32,000 bases of DNA from Magnetococcales bacterium (GCA_011089965.1 JAANAU010000002.1:72682-104681), one strand, 5' to 3'; positions 14,968-25,803 are shown, counted from the stretch's first letter. Notes: a model not told the origin generated them from the sequence alone. A program made the numbers and translations.

Positions 14968-17900
14968 TCAATCTGCGGTCTTGAGTTCCACATCCAAAGC
15001 CAAGGATTGCAACTCCTTGATCAACACGTTGAACGACTCCGGAATGCCGGCATCGAACGAGTCGTCGCCTTTGACAATGGACTCATAAATCTTGGTGCGA
15101 CCGGCCACATCATCGGACTTGACCGTCAGCATCTCTTGCAGGGTATAGGCTGCGCCATACGCCTCCAAGGCCCACACCTCCATTTCTCCAAAACGCTGAC
15201 CGCCAAACTGCGCCTTGCCCCCCAACGGCTGTTGGGTCACCAGCGAATAGGGACCGATGGAACGGGCGTGAATCTTGTCGTCCACCAGATGATGCAGTTT
15301 GAGAATGTAGATATAGCCCACGGTCACCGGACGATCAAACGGCTCTCCCGTACGGCCATCGATCAATCGAATCTGACCGGATTTGGGCAGATTGGCCTTT
15401 TCCAGAAGCTCGACAATATCTTTTTCCGTGGCCCCGTCGAATACGGGCGTGGCAATGGGCACGCCGTCGCGCAGATTGGTGCTCAAGATCTCCACCTCTT
15501 CGTCGGTCAGAGCCTTGACTGCACGCGACTGACGGGGATTGGTGAAGACCTGGGCCAGCATGTCACGCACCGGCATGATATCGCCATTCTCCTGCGCACG
15601 GTACGCATCCATGGCCTCGCCAATCCGCACACCCAAACCCTTCGCAGCCCAACCCAGATGGGTCTCCAGAATCTGTCCCACGTTCATACGCGATGGCACA
15701 CCCAAAGGATTCAGCACGATATCCACCACCGTACCATCTTCCAGATGGGGCATATCTTCCACCGGATTGATCTTGGAGATCACACCCTTGTTGCCATGGC
15801 GTCCTGCCATCTTGTCACCCGGTTGCAGCTTGCGCTTGACCGCGATGTAGACCTTGACCATCTTCAGCCCGCCAGGCGGCAGATCATCCCCCCGTTCCAG
15901 CTTCTCCACCTTGGAGTCAAACCGTTTCTTCAAGCGGCTGGCTGCCTTTTCCACCTGCTCGCGGATCCCTTCGATCTGCTGTGTGATCCCATCCTCGTCC
16001 AGCACCACCGAATCCCAACGCCGGGATCCGAGCTGGGTCAACAGCTCCTCCGTGATCATGGTGCCAGGTGCCAATCCTGCTCCGCCCCGGGCGGTCTTGC
16101 CCACCATCAAGGCGCGAATGCGCGCATCCGCATCCAGCTCGATGATGCGCCTTTCAGCCCCCATATCCTTGCGCAACCGCTCGATCTCTTCCTTGTCGAT
16201 CAGTTTGGCACGATCATCCTTTTCCAAACCGCGCCGCGAAAACACCCGCACATCCACCACCGTGCCCGCCACCCCGGGGGGCAGACGCAACGAGGTGTCG
16301 CGCACATCCGACGCCTTTTCCCCAAAGATGGCCCGCAACAGCTTCTCTTCCGGGGTCAACTGGGTCTCGCCTTTGGGCGTCACCTTGCCCACCAGGATAT
16401 CCCCGGCCTTGACTTCGGCACCCACATAGATGATGCCCGACTCATCCAGATTGCGCAGCGCATCCTCACCCACATTGGGCATGTCGCGGGTGATCTCTTC
16501 GGCACCCAGCTTGGTATCCCGCGCCATCACCTCGAACTCTTCGATGTGAATCGAGGTAAAGACATCGTCGCGCACCAGACGCTCGGAAATCAAAATCGAG
16601 TCTTCAAAGTTGTAGCCGTTCCAGGGCATGAAGGCAACCAGCACATTGCGACCCAAGGCCAGCTCACCCCATTGGGTGCTTGGCCCGTCGGCAATGATGT
16701 CCCCCTTGGTCACCCGCTCACCCGCCCGCACCAGAGGCGACTGATTGATGCAGGTGTTCTGATTGGAACGGGAGAACTTCATCAGGTTGTAGATGTCCAC
16801 ACCCGGTTCCGTGGCACCTGGCTCGTCATCGGCTTTGATGATGATGCGTCCGGCCTCAACCTCATCCACCACGCCACTGCGCTTGGCCACAATCGCCACA
16901 CCCGAATCCCGCGCCACCACCCCTTCCATGCCCGTGCCCACCAGAGGGGCATCGGTCTTGATCAAGGGGACAGCCTGACGCTGCATGTTGGAACCCATCA
17001 AGGCGCGGTTGGCGTCGTCATTTTCCAGAAACGGAATCAAGGCCGCAGCCACGGAGACGATCTGCTTGGGCGAAACGTCCATGTATTCGATGCGGGTCGT
17101 CTCCGAGACGGTAAACTCCAGCTTGTGCCGACACTGGATCAGCTCACCCGTGAAACGTCCCTGCCGATCCAAGGCTGCATTGGCCTGGGCAATGACAAAA
17201 TTCTCCTCCTCAATGGCCGACAGATAATCCACCTCGTCGGTCACCTGACCACTCTCCACACGCCGGTACGGGCTTTCGATGAACCCGAACTCGTTGATGC
17301 GCGCATAGGTGGACAAGGAGTTGATCAGACCGATGTTCGGACCTTCCGGCGTCTCAATCGGGCAGATGCGTCCATAGTGGGTCGGATGCACGTCACGCAC
17401 CTCGAATCCGGCCCGCTCCCGCGTCATGCCTCCCGGACCCAGAGCAGACAAACGCCGCTTGTGGGTGATTTCGGACAATGGATTGGTCTGATCCATGAAC
17501 TGCGACAACTGACTGGAGCCGAAAAACTCCCGGATCACGGCAGAAAACGGCTTGGAGTTCAGAATATCATGGGGCATCAAAGTGTCGGAGTCTGCTGCCG
17601 ACATGCGCTCACGAATGGCTCGCTCCATGCGGACCAGACCGATGCGCACCTGGTTTTCCAACAACTCGCCCACCGAGCGCACGCGCCGATTGCCCAGATG
17701 ATCGATATCATCCACCTTGCCATGACCATCTTTCAGCTTGAGCAGAATGGCCAGAACCCCGATGATATCCTCCTTGCGCAACACACGCACATCCAGATCG
17801 CAATCCAGATCCAGCCGCTTGTTCATCTTCATGCGCCCAACAGCAGACAAATCATAACGTTCGGCGTTGAAGAAAAGATTGTTGAACAGGCTGGTGGCCG

Positions 17901-19059
17901 CATCAATGGTCGGCGGTTCGCCGGGACGCATCATCCGATAGATATCGATCAGGGCATCATCCGTGGTCTGATTCTTGTCCAGACTCATGGTATTGCGCAG
18001 ATAGGGACCAACCGTGGCATAATCGATGAACAAAACATCGATCTCCTTGATCCCGGCCTCCTCAAAGATCCGCAGCAGCTCTTCCGTCAACTCGGTGCCG
18101 GCCTCGACCAGCAGCTCGCCATTGGCGTGGTGCATGTCATGCGACACAAAGCGTCCCACCAGATCTTCGGTCGGAACCGGCAGCCACTCCATACCCATCT
18201 GCTGAATCTTCTTGACTGCCCGCGCCGTGATCTTGCGCTTGGCACTGACCAGCTCTTCCCCGGTCTCCGGATCCACAATGGCATAGTTGAACCGGCTCCC
18301 CATCAACCGATCCAGATCCAGCTTCTTCTCCCACACCACACCCTGTTTGCGGAACCGCTCGGAGTCGTAAAAGCGATTGAGTATCTCTTCGCTCGACATG
18401 CCCATGGCGCGCAGCAACGTGGTCACCGGCAGTTTGCGACGCCGGTCTATGCGGGCAAACACCGTATCCTTGGGATCAAACTCAAAATCCAACCACGATC
18501 CACGATAAGGAATGATCCGGGCAGAAAACAACAATTTCCCAGAGGAGTGCGTTTTGCCCTTGTCGTGATCAAAGAAAACACCTGGCGAGCGGTGCATCTG
18601 GGAAACGATCACGCGCTCCGTGCCATTGACGATGAACGTACCCGTGGCCGTCATCAGGGGCATCTCGCCCAGATAGACCTCTTGCTCTTTGATCTCACGC
18701 ACCGAGCGGGTGCCGGCATCCTCGTTCTCTTCCCAGATCACCAGTCGAAAGGCCACTTTCAACGGTGCAGAAAAGGTCATGCCCCGTTGCAGACACTCAT
18801 CGACTTCATATTTGGGTTCACCCAACTGGTAACGGACATACTCCAGACTGATGGTGCCGGAATAGTCCTGAATCGGGAACACCGACAAAAAGACACCATG
18901 CAGACCCATGTCACGGCGCAGCTCCGGTTCCATCTCTTCCTGCAGGAAGCGTTGAAAGGAGGCAGTCTGAATCGCGATCAAATTGGGAATGTCGATGATG
19001 GTCGGGATGCGGCCGAAGTTCTTGCGCAACCTTTTCTTTTCAGTGAACGACAGAGCCAT
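14968..19059 (-). CDS. rpoB: DNA-directed RNA polymerase subunit beta
   Basis: 1363 aa, [19 protein letters not shown]...[10 protein letters not shown] is colinear with RpoB. It lies directly upstream of rpoC. Confidence 0.98.
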   Translation of the reverse strand: MALSFTEKKRLRKNFGRIPTIIDIPNLIAIQTASFQRFLQEEMEPELRRDMGLHGVFLSVFPIQDYSGTISLEYVRYQLGEPKYEVDECLQRGMTFSAPLKVAFRLVIWEENEDAGTRSVREIKEQEVYLGEMPLMTATGTFIVNGTERVIVSQMHRSPGVFFDHDKGKTHSSGKLLFSARIIPYRGSWLDFEFDPKDTVFARIDRRRKLPVTTLLRAMGMSSEEILNRFYDSERFRKQGVVWEKKLDLDRLMGSRFNYAIVDPETGEELVSAKRKITARAVKKIQQMGMEWLPVPTEDLVGRFVSHDMHHANGELLVEAGTELTEELLRIFEEAGIKEIDVLFIDYATVGPYLRNTMSLDKNQTTDDALIDIYRMMRPGEPPTIDAATSLFNNLFFNAERYDLSAVGRMKMNKRLDLDCDLDVRVLRKEDIIGVLAILLKLKDGHGKVDDIDHLGNRRVRSVGELLENQVRIGLVRMERAIRERMSAADSDTLMPHDILNSKPFSAVIREFFGSSQLSQFMDQTNPLSEITHKRRLSALGPGGMTRERAGFEVRDVHPTHYGRICPIETPEGPNIGLINSLSTYARINEFGFIESPYRRVESGQVTDEVDYLSAIEEENFVIAQANAALDRQGRFTGELIQCRHKLEFTVSETTRIEYMDVSPKQIVSVAAALIPFLENDDANRALMGSNMQRQAVPLIKTDAPLVGTGMEGVVARDSGVAIVAKRSGVVDEVEAGRIIIKADDEPGATEPGVDIYNLMKFSRSNQNTCINQSPLVRAGERVTKGDIIADGPSTQWGELALGRNVLVAFMPWNGYNFEDSILISERLVRDDVFTSIHIEEFEVMARDTKLGAEEITRDMPNVGEDALRNLDESGIIYVGAEVKAGDILVGKVTPKGETQLTPEEKLLRAIFGEKASDVRDTSLRLPPGVAGTVVDVRVFSRRGLEKDDRAKLIDKEEIERLRKDMGAERRIIELDADARIRALMVGKTARGGAGLAPGTMITEELLTQLGSRRWDSVVLDEDGITQQIEGIREQVEKAASRLKKRFDSKVEKLERGDDLPPGGLKMVKVYIAVKRKLQPGDKMAGRHGNKGVISKINPVEDMPHLEDGTVVDIVLNPLGVPSRMNVGQILETHLGWAAKGLGVRIGEAMDAYRAQENGDIMPVRDMLAQVFTNPRQSRAVKALTDEEVEILSTNLRDGVPIATPVFDGATEKDIVELLEKANLPKSGQIRLIDGRTGEPFDRPVTVGYIYILKLHHLVDDKIHARSIGPYSLVTQQPLGGKAQFGGQRFGEMEVWALEAYGAAYTLQEMLTVKSDDVAGRTKIYESIVKGDDSFDAGIPESFNVLIKELQSLALDVELKTAD

Positions 19060-19123
19060 CGGAACTCCTGGAACGACCTGTTTGGGAATACAATCTCGAC
19101 ACGGTCAAGAGGCTCAAGCCTTT

Positions 19124-19183
19124 AAAAAGCCAAGTTCCCGTCGCAGGTCGCGCGTCCAAAAAACGCGACATGCAACGGGAACC
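19124..19183 (-). terminator. Hairpin plus U-run in the rplL-rpoB spacer (candidate partial terminator / attenuator)
   Basis: The minus-strand RNA has GGUUCCCGUUGCAUGUCGCG, a loop, then CGCGACCUGCGACGGGAACUU. This is a stem of about 19 bp with one mismatch and G-U pairs, followed within a few nt by UUUUU. The location matches the known E. coli rplL-rpoB attenuator. Confidence 0.5.
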
Positions 19184-19197
19184 GGGCCTGCATCGAA

Positions 19198-19581
19198 TTA
19201 CTTGATTTCGACCTTGCCGCCTGACTCTTCCAACTCCTTCTTGAACTTCTCGGCATCGGCCTTGGATACCGCTTCCTTGACCGGTTTCGGAGCGCCCTCC
19301 ACCAGATCCTTGGCCTCTTTCAGACCCAGACCGGTGATGGCACGCACGGCCTTGATGACATGAATCTTCTTGTCTGCCGCCACCTCGGCCAGGATCACCG
19401 TGAACTCGGTCTGCTCTTCCACCGGAGCCGCAGCTTCCGCCGGAGCCGCAGCCGCAGCCACGGCCACCGGGGCCGCAGCCGAAACGCCAAAACGGGACTC
19501 CAGAGCCTTGACCAGTTCCGACAATTCGAGAACGGTCATATTCTCGATAGCGGAAATCAACTCTTGCTGGGAAATTGCCAT
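19198..19581 (-). CDS. rplL: 50S ribosomal protein L7/L12
   Basis: 127 aa with N-terminal dimerisation helix, Ala/Pro-rich hinge ([19 protein letters not shown]) and C-terminal ...[23 protein letters not shown]. Confidence 0.97.
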   Translation of the reverse strand: MAISQQELISAIENMTVLELSELVKALESRFGVSAAAPVAVAAAAAPAEAAAPVEEQTEFTVILAEVAADKKIHVIKAVRAITGLGLKEAKDLVEGAPKPVKEAVSKADAEKFKKELEESGGKVEIK

Positions 19582-19674
19582 GTTTGTTCTCCAAAATAGT
19601 CGCGCGCATCACATCGCGCGTGTCATGAATGATGAGCCTGACACCTTCGCGCAAGATGTCAAACCAAAGTGCGA

Positions 19675-20199
19675 TCAAGCCGCCTGTTTTTCTTTCTCTT
19701 CGCGGATCCGGTCGAGGACACGGACAAAACTGGCTGGTACGGCTGCCAGTACACCGACAATCCCTTGGACGGGATTCATCATGGTGCCAAGCAGACGAGC
19801 CAACAGCACTTCCTTTGAGGGCAGCTTGGACAGCTCCACAATGTCATCGGGCGACATGTAGACGCCATTGAGCACTCCACCCTGGATCACCAGCAAAGGA
19901 TTCTTTTTGGCAAAGTCCGTGAGAATTTTGGCCGGGGCAACAGGATCTTTGGAAAAAGCCAGAACGGTCGGTCCGGTCAACACCGCACCCAACGGTTCAA
20001 AGCTCGATCCCTGGATGGCCCGCTTGGCCAGGGTATTCTTGACCACCCGCAACTCGGCTCCGGCTTGACGGATTTCACGCCGCAAACGGGTCATGGCCGC
20101 AACGGAAAGTCCACGGTAATGGGTGGCAATGGCCACTTCAGACCGTGACATGCTCTCCTGGACCTCTTGGATAACCACTGCTTTTTCGGTTTGGTTCAC
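19675..20199 (-). CDS. rplJ: 50S ribosomal protein L10
   Basis: ORF 19675..20349 trimmed to GTG at 20199 (VNQTEKAVVIQEVQESM...), preceded by AAGGAG with 8 nt spacing. The 174 aa length is typical of L10, and the upstream 50 codons have no L10 counterpart. Confidence 0.9.
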   Translation of the reverse strand: MNQTEKAVVIQEVQESMSRSEVAIATHYRGLSVAAMTRLRREIRQAGAELRVVKNTLAKRAIQGSSFEPLGAVLTGPTVLAFSKDPVAPAKILTDFAKKNPLLVIQGGVLNGVYMSPDDIVELSKLPSKEVLLARLLGTMMNPVQGIVGVLAAVPASFVRVLDRIREEKEKQAA

Positions 20200-20388
20200 C
20201 GACTGTTCTCCTTTCCGGTTGAGTTGGTACGGCGTATCAAGTGCCGCATCCTTGTATTGCCATTGGCTACAGCGTCCCCAACCAAAGGATTTCCCACATG
20301 ATTGGTCTCGGCGGGCCGGATCAGGCCGCTTAAGGGGCAACCAACACACCCCACCCGCTGTCTTGGACGTATCTTGAGTTATGCGCTG
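20200..20388 (-). promoter_or_regulatory. 189 nt rplA-rplJ spacer, likely rplJ leader (L10 autoregulatory leader and/or internal promoter)
   Basis: This non-coding gap is unusually long inside an otherwise tight cluster and is GC-rich and structured. The position corresponds to the L10 leader known in other bacteria. I did not fold it or match it to a covariance model. Confidence 0.35.
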
Positions 20389-21078
20389 CTACACGGAGTG
20401 GACATCCACCCGCACACCCGGTCCCATGGTCGAAGAGACGGTGACCCGTTTGACATAGGTGCCTTTCACCACTGCCGGTTTCATCTTTTTGAGCTGGTTG
20501 AGCAAGGCGCGGCAATTGTCTCCGAGTTTTTCATTCTCAAAGGAGACTTTGCCCACACCCGCATGGATGATACCCGCCTTCTCCACACGGAAAGCCACCT
20601 GACCGGCCTTGATCGATTTGATCACACCAGCCATGTCAAAGGTGACCGTGCCCAGTTTCGGGTTGGGCATCAGACCTCTGGGTCCGAGAATGCGTCCCAG
20701 ACGCCCAACAATACCCATCACATCCGGACAGGCCACAACACGATCAAAATCGAGCCATCCGCCCTGGATCTTTTCCACCAGCTCTTCGGCTCCGACATAA
20801 TCGGCCCCTGCGGCCTGGGCCTCCTGCACCTTGTCGCCCTTGGCAAAGGCGAGAATGCGCACGGTCTTGCCAGTACCATGGGGCAGCTCCACTGTGCCGC
20901 GCACCATTTGATCGGCATGACGCGGATCCACTCCCAGATTGACCGCAATCTCAAAGGTCTCGTCAAACTTGGCGTTCGACTTCTCCCGTACAATGCGGAT
21001 CGCATCGTCCAGACTGTAATTGACGGTGCGGTCCAGACCTTCCATCAGGCCCCTGAGCCGTTTACCAGGCTTTGCCAT
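20389..21078 (-). CDS. rplA: 50S ribosomal protein L1
   Basis: 229 aa, [14 protein letters not shown]...[26 protein letters not shown] matches L1. Confidence 0.97.
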   Translation of the reverse strand: MAKPGKRLRGLMEGLDRTVNYSLDDAIRIVREKSNAKFDETFEIAVNLGVDPRHADQMVRGTVELPHGTGKTVRILAFAKGDKVQEAQAAGADYVGAEELVEKIQGGWLDFDRVVACPDVMGIVGRLGRILGPRGLMPNPKLGTVTFDMAGVIKSIKAGQVAFRVEKAGIIHAGVGKVSFENEKLGDNCRALLNQLKKMKPAVVKGTYVKRVTVSSTMGPGVRVDVHSV

Positions 21079-21117
21079 GAGTCGCTCCTCGCTATGAAAC
21101 GCAATCTTTCGTCACAC

Positions 21118-21546
21118 TCAAACCACTTCCAGACCCATGGAACGGGCCGATCCGGCCACAATCCGTTTGGCACCTTCCATATCCTTGGCGTTCAGATCCA
21201 CCATTTTGGTCTCAGCGATCTGTTCCACCTGTGCCCAGGTCACCTTGCCAATCGGGGCACCCTTGCCCGGAGTCACCGCGCCTTTGGCCACACCTGAGGC
21301 CTTGCGCAACAGGTAGGTGGCTGGTGGCGTCTTCAGCTCAAAGGTGAAGGTGCGATCCGCATACACGGTGATCAGAACAGGAGTGGGTGCGCCCGGCTCC
21401 AGCGTCTGGGTTCTGGCATTGAAGGTCTTGCAGAACTCCATGATGTTCAGGCCATGCTGACCCAAAGCCGGTCCCACGGGAGGGCTGGGTTTGGCGGCAC
21501 CGGCTGGACATTGCAACCTGACATAAGCAGTGATTTTTTTTGCCAT
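21118..21546 (-). CDS. rplK: 50S ribosomal protein L11
   Basis: 142 aa, [43 protein letters not shown] matches L11. Confidence 0.97.
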   Translation of the reverse strand: MAKKITAYVRLQCPAGAAKPSPPVGPALGQHGLNIMEFCKTFNARTQTLEPGAPTPVLITVYADRTFTFELKTPPATYLLRKASGVAKGAVTPGKGAPIGKVTWAQVEQIAETKMVDLNAKDMEGAKRIVAGSARSMGLEVV

Positions 21547-21575
21547 TTTGGCGAGTCCTCAAATCATGTGATATA

Positions 21576-22106
21576 TTACAGCTTTTCGACCTGAACAAAA
21601 TCCAGTTCGACCGGCGTAGCCCTTCCAAAGATGCTGACCGAAACCTTCAGGCGGGTTTTGTCTTCATCGACATTCTCCACCACCCCATTGAAGGAGATAA
21701 AGGGTCCATCGGTCACGCGCACGCTTTCGCCAACGGCAAAGGTCACCTTGGGCTTGGGTTTGTCCATGCCCACCTCGACCTGATGGAGGATCTTTTCCAC
21801 CTCACGCTCAGACAAAGGTTGCGGACGTCCGCCCCCACCCAGAAAGCCGGTCACCTTGGGAATGGAGTTGACCAGATGCCAGGTTTCGTCGTTCAGCTCC
21901 ATCTTCACCAGGACATAACCCGGGAAGAACTTGCGTTCAGACGTAACCTTGTGACCGCCGCGCAGCTCCACCACTTCCTCGCTGGGAACCAGGATCTGCT
22001 CGAACAGCTCTCCGGATCCGGTCAGGCGCACGCGCTCCTCAAGGGCTGACTTGACTTTCTTCTCAAAGCCCGAGTAGGCGTGTATGACATACCACTGCTT
22101 GGCCAT
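21576..22106 (-). CDS. nusG: Transcription termination/antitermination factor NusG
   Basis: ORF trimmed to ATG at 22106 ([18 protein letters not shown]...), preceded by GAGGAG. It has an NGN domain plus a C-terminal KOW ([19 protein letters not shown]). Confidence 0.95.
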   Translation of the reverse strand: MAKQWYVIHAYSGFEKKVKSALEERVRLTGSGELFEQILVPSEEVVELRGGHKVTSERKFFPGYVLVKMELNDETWHLVNSIPKVTGFLGGGGRPQPLSEREVEKILHQVEVGMDKPKPKVTFAVGESVRVTDGPFISFNGVVENVDEDKTRLKVSVSIFGRATPVELDFVQVEKL

Positions 22107-22148
22107 TCCACTCCTCGTTACCAATGCCGCGCACGTAACCGACGCATC

Positions 22149-22352
22149 TCATCCGATGATTTGACGCACAATCAGCGCCAGAATGGCATCCACCATCCAC
22201 AAAAACAAAGAGACCAATACCACCATCCCAAACACGACGATGGTCGTGTTCATGGTATCCTTCCGCGTGGGCCAGACCACTTTTCCGACCTCAGCACGAA
22301 CTTCGGTCAGATAGGTCCTGAATTGGGCAATCCGCCCAGTATCATTCATCAT
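22149..22352 (-). CDS. secE: Preprotein translocase subunit SecE
   Basis: 67 aa with a single C-terminal TM helix (TTIVVFGMVVLVSLFLWMVDAILALIV) after EVRAEVGKVVWPTRKD. It lies immediately upstream of nusG. Confidence 0.9.
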   Translation of the reverse strand: MMNDTGRIAQFRTYLTEVRAEVGKVVWPTRKDTMNTTIVVFGMVVLVSLFLWMVDAILALIVRQIIG

Positions 22353-22404
22353 GGGGCGATCTTACGGTGAGGAAGGCGGTTAACACGGAAACCCACACAG
22401 AAGA

Positions 22405-22480
22405 TGGCAGGACAGGAGGGACTCGAACCCCCAACCGCCGGTTTTGGAGACCGATGCTCTACCACTTGAGCTACTATCCT
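22405..22480 (-). tRNA. tRNA-Trp (anticodon CCA)
   Basis: The reverse complement AGGATAGTAGCTCAAGTGGTAGAGCATCGGTCTCCAAAACCGGCGGTTGGGGGTTCGAGTCCCTCCTGTCCTGCCA folds as a cloverleaf. It has a 7 bp acceptor stem, anticodon loop CTCCAAA, GGTTCGAGTCC T-arm and encoded CCA. Confidence 0.93.
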
Positions 22481-22533
22481 AGATCATCCGGGGTGGCTCA
22501 TGCATCCGATTCCGGAGCAAGAGCACCCTTGGC

Positions 22534-22689
22534 CTATTTGATCTTACCTTCCTTGTGAAGGGTATGTTTTCTGCATGACGAACAGAACTTTTTGAGAGCC
22601 ATCTTTTCCGGCTTGTTTTTCTTGTTCTTGTCCGTGGTGTAGTTGCGCCGTTTGCACACTTCGCAACTCAAGCTGATCAAATCACGCAT
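22534..22689 (-). CDS. rpmG: 50S ribosomal protein L33 (four-Cys, zinc-ribbon form)
   Basis: Below the ORF-track size cut-off. Hand translation gives [51 protein letters not shown] (51 aa) with AGGAGA 5 nt upstream. It lies between tuf and tRNA-Trp/secE. Confidence 0.9.
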   Translation of the reverse strand: MRDLISLSCEVCKRRNYTTDKNKKNKPEKMALKKFCSSCRKHTLHKEGKIK

Positions 22690-22720
22690 CAATCTCTCCT
22701 AAGTCGTACCGGATTCCGGA

Positions 22721-23914
22721 TCAGGCAACGATTTCCGAAACCACACCCGCGCCCACGGTTTTGCCCCCTTCGCGAATGGCGAAGCGCAAACCCTTTTCCA
22801 TGGCAATCGGGGCGATCAACTCCACTTCCATGGAGATGTTGTCACCCGGCATCACCATTTCCACCCCTTCCGGCAGATTCAGCACACCGGTCACGTCCGT
22901 GGTACGAAAATAGAACTGCGGACGATAGTTGGTGAAGAACGGCGTATGCCGCCCACCCTCTTCTTTGGAGAGGATGTAGCACTCGGCCTTGAACTTGGTA
23001 TGCGGGGTAATGGAGTTGGGTTTGGCCAGCACCTGACCGCGCTGCACATCTTCACGCTTGATACCGCGCAGCAGCACGCCGATGTTGTCACCCGCCTGCC
23101 CCTGATCCAGCAGTTTGCGGAACATCTCCACCCCGGTGCAGACCGTATTGGTCACCGTCTTTTTGATACCCACGATCTGCACGTTCTCACCCACCCGGAC
23201 AATACCGCGCTCCACACGTCCGGTAACCACCGTCCCGCGTCCGGAGATCGTGAACACATCTTCAATCGGCATCAGGAAGGTGCCATCCAAAGGCCGCTCG
23301 GGCTGGGGAATATAGGCATCCACCGCATCCATCAATTTCTGGATCGATCCCAGTCCCATGGGTCCGGCATCCCCTTCCATGGCCTTGAGGGCAGATCCCA
23401 CCACAATCGGGATCTCATCCCCGGGAAAGTCATAGATGGAGAGCAGTTCACGCACTTCCAGCTCGACCAGCTCCAGCAGTTCCGGGTCATCCACCTGATC
23501 GGCCTTGTTCATGAAGACCACCAGCGAAGGCACACCCACCTGACGGGCCAGGAGAATATGCTCACGGGTCTGGGGCATGGGTCCGTCGGCTGCCGAAACC
23601 ACCAGAATGGCACCATCCATCTGGGCCGCGCCAGTGATCATGTTTTTGATATAGTCGGCGTGGCCTGGGCAGTCCACGTGGGCATAATGGCGTTGGTCGG
23701 TTTCGTACTCCACATGGGCTGTGGAGATCGTGATGCCACGGGCACGCTCTTCAGGTGCTGCGTCGATCTGGTCATAGGCCTTGAACTCAGCCAGCCCTCT
23801 GGTGGCCAGATGTTTGGTGATGGCTGCGGTCAGAGTTGTCTTGCCATGATCCACATGACCAATGGTGCCGATATTGACATGGGGTTTGTTTCTCTGAAAT
23901 TTCGCTTTGGACAT
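22721..23914 (-). CDS. tuf: Elongation factor Tu, copy 2 (tRNA-linked copy)
   Basis: 397 aa, the same length and G-motifs as copy 1. It lies downstream of a Tyr-Gly-Thr tRNA cluster, like E. coli tufB. Confidence 0.98.
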   Translation of the reverse strand: MSKAKFQRNKPHVNIGTIGHVDHGKTTLTAAITKHLATRGLAEFKAYDQIDAAPEERARGITISTAHVEYETDQRHYAHVDCPGHADYIKNMITGAAQMDGAILVVSAADGPMPQTREHILLARQVGVPSLVVFMNKADQVDDPELLELVELEVRELLSIYDFPGDEIPIVVGSALKAMEGDAGPMGLGSIQKLMDAVDAYIPQPERPLDGTFLMPIEDVFTISGRGTVVTGRVERGIVRVGENVQIVGIKKTVTNTVCTGVEMFRKLLDQGQAGDNIGVLLRGIKREDVQRGQVLAKPNSITPHTKFKAECYILSKEEGGRHTPFFTNYRPQFYFRTTDVTGVLNLPEGVEMVMPGDNISMEVELIAPIAMEKGLRFAIREGGKTVGAGVVSEIVA

Positions 23915-24010
23915 GAAGATCGCTCCATCCTGGGAGTATGCATTTCAAGGCTTGGCGTCCAAAATCGACCGGGACGGTTCGGAATGAAATGTGTCAAATA
24001 TTTATGCAGC

Positions 24011-24085
<75 letters not shown>

Positions 24086-24134
24086 TTGTTCACCCTATCT
24101 GCTCTCTTCATCAACCATGCCAGTCGGCCCTGTT

Positions 24135-24208
24135 TGGAGCGGGCGGGGGGAATCGAACCCCCACGCTCAGCTTGGAAGGCTGACGTTCTACCACTAAACT
24201 ACGCCCGC
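24135..24208 (-). tRNA. tRNA-Gly (anticodon UCC)
   Basis: The reverse complement is GCGGGCGTAGTTTAGTGGTAGAACGTCAGCCTTCCAAGCTGAGCGTGGGGGTTCGATTCCCCCCGCCCGCTCCA. The anticodon loop is CTTCCAA and CCA is encoded. Confidence 0.93.
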
Positions 24209-24276
24209 CAATCGGCTGGTCGTTGGTCCGTTGTACACGGATCCGTCGGCATGGTCTGTCCATTCCGTGCAGCAGT

Positions 24277-24361
24277 TGGTGGAGGGAGGAGGATTCGAAC
24301 CTCCGAAGGCTGAGCCGGCGAATTTACAGTCCGCTCCCTTTGGCCACTTGGGAACCCCTCC
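24277..24361 (-). tRNA. tRNA-Tyr (anticodon GUA)
   Basis: The reverse complement is GGAGGGGTTCCCAAGTGGCCAAAGGGAGCGGACTGTAAATTCGCCGGCTCAGCCTTCGGAGGTTCGAATCCTCCTCCCTCCACCA. The anticodon loop is CTGTAAA. It has the long variable arm typical of bacterial tRNA-Tyr, and CCA is encoded. Confidence 0.92.
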
Positions 24362-24424
24362 GCATCCACTGCACCCGCAGCCAGCATCTGATTCCCAAAA
24401 AAGTGGCTGCGGTTGAGCTAGAGA

Positions 24425-24453
24425 GATTTAATCTCAGCGCAACCGAATGTCAA
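24425..24453 (-). promoter_or_regulatory. Candidate promoter of the tRNA-Tyr/Gly/Thr-tuf transcription unit
   Basis: The minus strand has a perfect -35 TTGACA (24453-24448), a 16-17 nt spacer, then TTAAAT/TAAATC (about 24431-24425). It lies about 65 nt upstream of the tRNA-Tyr 5' end. The -10 is imperfect. Confidence 0.35.
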
Positions 24454-24463
24454 GACAATTTCT

Positions 24464-25054
24464 TCAATCGATCACTTTTTCTTCCGCGCGCGTTGCCAGG
24501 ATGGTCATCACCCCGCGCGCCACCCCCGCAACCGCCGGATTGCGATAGCTGTGTTGCGCATTGCCATGAAAACATGCCGTATCTCCTGCCTGCAACAGCG
24601 CCTTCTCCCCTCCCACATCCAGCTCCACCTCCCCTTCCTGAACCAGCAGATACTCTTCACTGCCCGGCAGATGGGGCTTGCCCATGTACACAGCCCCGGG
24701 ACGCAGCATGAACGCCCATTGGGTCACATGCAAAATGTTGGGGGGCGTGACCAGCACCGCCTGATACCCCTCATCGGCAGAGGCGATGCGGTGCATCTGC
24801 GACCCGGGAATCACCCGAATGAACCGACGTGATGCATCCACCAGTTGATCCAGGGTCATCTCCAAAGCGCAGGCGATCTTGAACACCACCCCGAGACTGG
24901 GATTGGCATCATCCTTTTCCACCGTGGCCAGCGTGGCGCGAGGGATCCCGGCCAAATCCGCCAATTGCTGCTGGGTCAACTTGCGCTGACGCCGAATGGA
25001 ACGGATGCGGGTTCCAACCAGATTGGTGATCATGATGATCATTCCCTCCTGCAT
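24464..25054 (-). CDS. XRE-family HTH transcriptional regulator with C-terminal cupin domain
   Basis: 196 aa. The N-terminal LVGTRIRSIRRQRKLTQQQLADLAGIPRATLATVEKDDANPSLGVVFKIACAL is a classic Cro/C1 HTH. The C-terminal half (GKPHLPGSEEYLLVQEGEVELDVGGEKALLQAGDTACFHGNAQHSYRN) has the cupin two-motif pattern. The start is ambiguous among ATGs at 25054, 25042 and 25033. Confidence 0.85.
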   Translation of the reverse strand: MQEGMIIMITNLVGTRIRSIRRQRKLTQQQLADLAGIPRATLATVEKDDANPSLGVVFKIACALEMTLDQLVDASRRFIRVIPGSQMHRIASADEGYQAVLVTPPNILHVTQWAFMLRPGAVYMGKPHLPGSEEYLLVQEGEVELDVGGEKALLQAGDTACFHGNAQHSYRNPAVAGVARGVMTILATRAEEKVID

Positions 25055-25170
25055 GACAGTTTACCAACATTTTTGACAGCACATCATTTTCCTCTTGACC
25101 CAACCTTGTATCTGACGCACAGTAACCCATATTCGAAACCAATAAAACGATCCATACAGGAGATCCCCCC

Positions 25171-25770
25171 ATGAGCGTACTGGTGACCCAACCGGCCCCG
25201 GATTTCACAGCCAAGGCCGTTATGCCCGACAACAGCATTGCCGAAGCCTTCACACTCTCTGCCTACCGTGGCAAATATGTGGTTTTGTTCTTCTACCCCC
25301 TTGACTTCACTTTTGTTTGCCCATCCGAGATCATCGCCTTTGATCACCGTCTGGATGAGTTCAAAAAGCGCAACGTCGAGGTGATCGGTGTCTCCATTGA
25401 CTCGCACTTCAGCCATCTGGCCTGGAAGAACACCCCGGTCAACAAGGGTGGCATCGGCAACATCCAATACCCCCTCGTGGCGGATCTGACCAAAGAGATC
25501 TCCAAAAATTATGATGTCCTCTTTGGTGCCAGCATTGCCTTGCGCGGCTCGTTCCTGATTGATCGTCAGGGGATTGTGCGCCATCAGGTGATCAATGATC
25601 TGCCTTTGGGACGCGACATCGATGAGATGCTCCGTCTGGTCGATGCCTTGCAGTTCACGGAAGAGCACGGTGAAGTGTGTCCGGCAGGTTGGAACAAGGG
25701 CAAACCCGGCATGAAAGGCTCCACCGAAGGTGTGGCCGCGTATCTGGCCCAACACGCCGGCGAACTGTGA
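25171..25770 (+). CDS. Typical 2-Cys peroxiredoxin (AhpC/Tsa family)
   Basis: 199 aa with the peroxidatic Cys motif FYPLDFTFVCPSE and resolving Cys in GEVCPAGW. AGGAG lies 8 nt upstream. No ahpF-like reductase is adjacent. Confidence 0.93.
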   Translation: MSVLVTQPAPDFTAKAVMPDNSIAEAFTLSAYRGKYVVLFFYPLDFTFVCPSEIIAFDHRLDEFKKRNVEVIGVSIDSHFSHLAWKNTPVNKGGIGNIQYPLVADLTKEISKNYDVLFGASIALRGSFLIDRQGIVRHQVINDLPLGRDIDEMLRLVDALQFTEEHGEVCPAGWNKGKPGMKGSTEGVAAYLAQHAGEL

Positions 25771-25774
25771 CCGC

Positions 25775-25803
25775 TTGACATCTGCACCACGCGACATTAA
25801 TAT
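25775..25803 (+). promoter_or_regulatory. Candidate promoter for tRNA-Thr(CGU)
   Basis: TTGACA (25775-25780), a 17 nt spacer, then TAATAT (25798-25803). The tRNA 5' end lies 14 nt after the -10. Confidence 0.45.

Noticed and set aside
19040-19678. 212 aa minus-strand ORF, Gly/Arg-rich, overlapping rplL in another frame.
   Set aside because: It is an out-of-frame reading of the rplL gene and its Ala-rich hinge (GCN repeats read as Gly/Arg). rplL in the correct frame is clearly real.
24375-24411. 9 bp perfect inverted repeat CCGCAGCCA...TGGCTGCGG between the XRE-cupin gene and tRNA-Tyr, considered as a terminator.
   Set aside because: On the minus strand the T-run lies inside the 19 nt loop rather than after the stem, so it is not a canonical intrinsic terminator. 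It lies in the presumed tRNA precursor leader, and I cannot assign a function.
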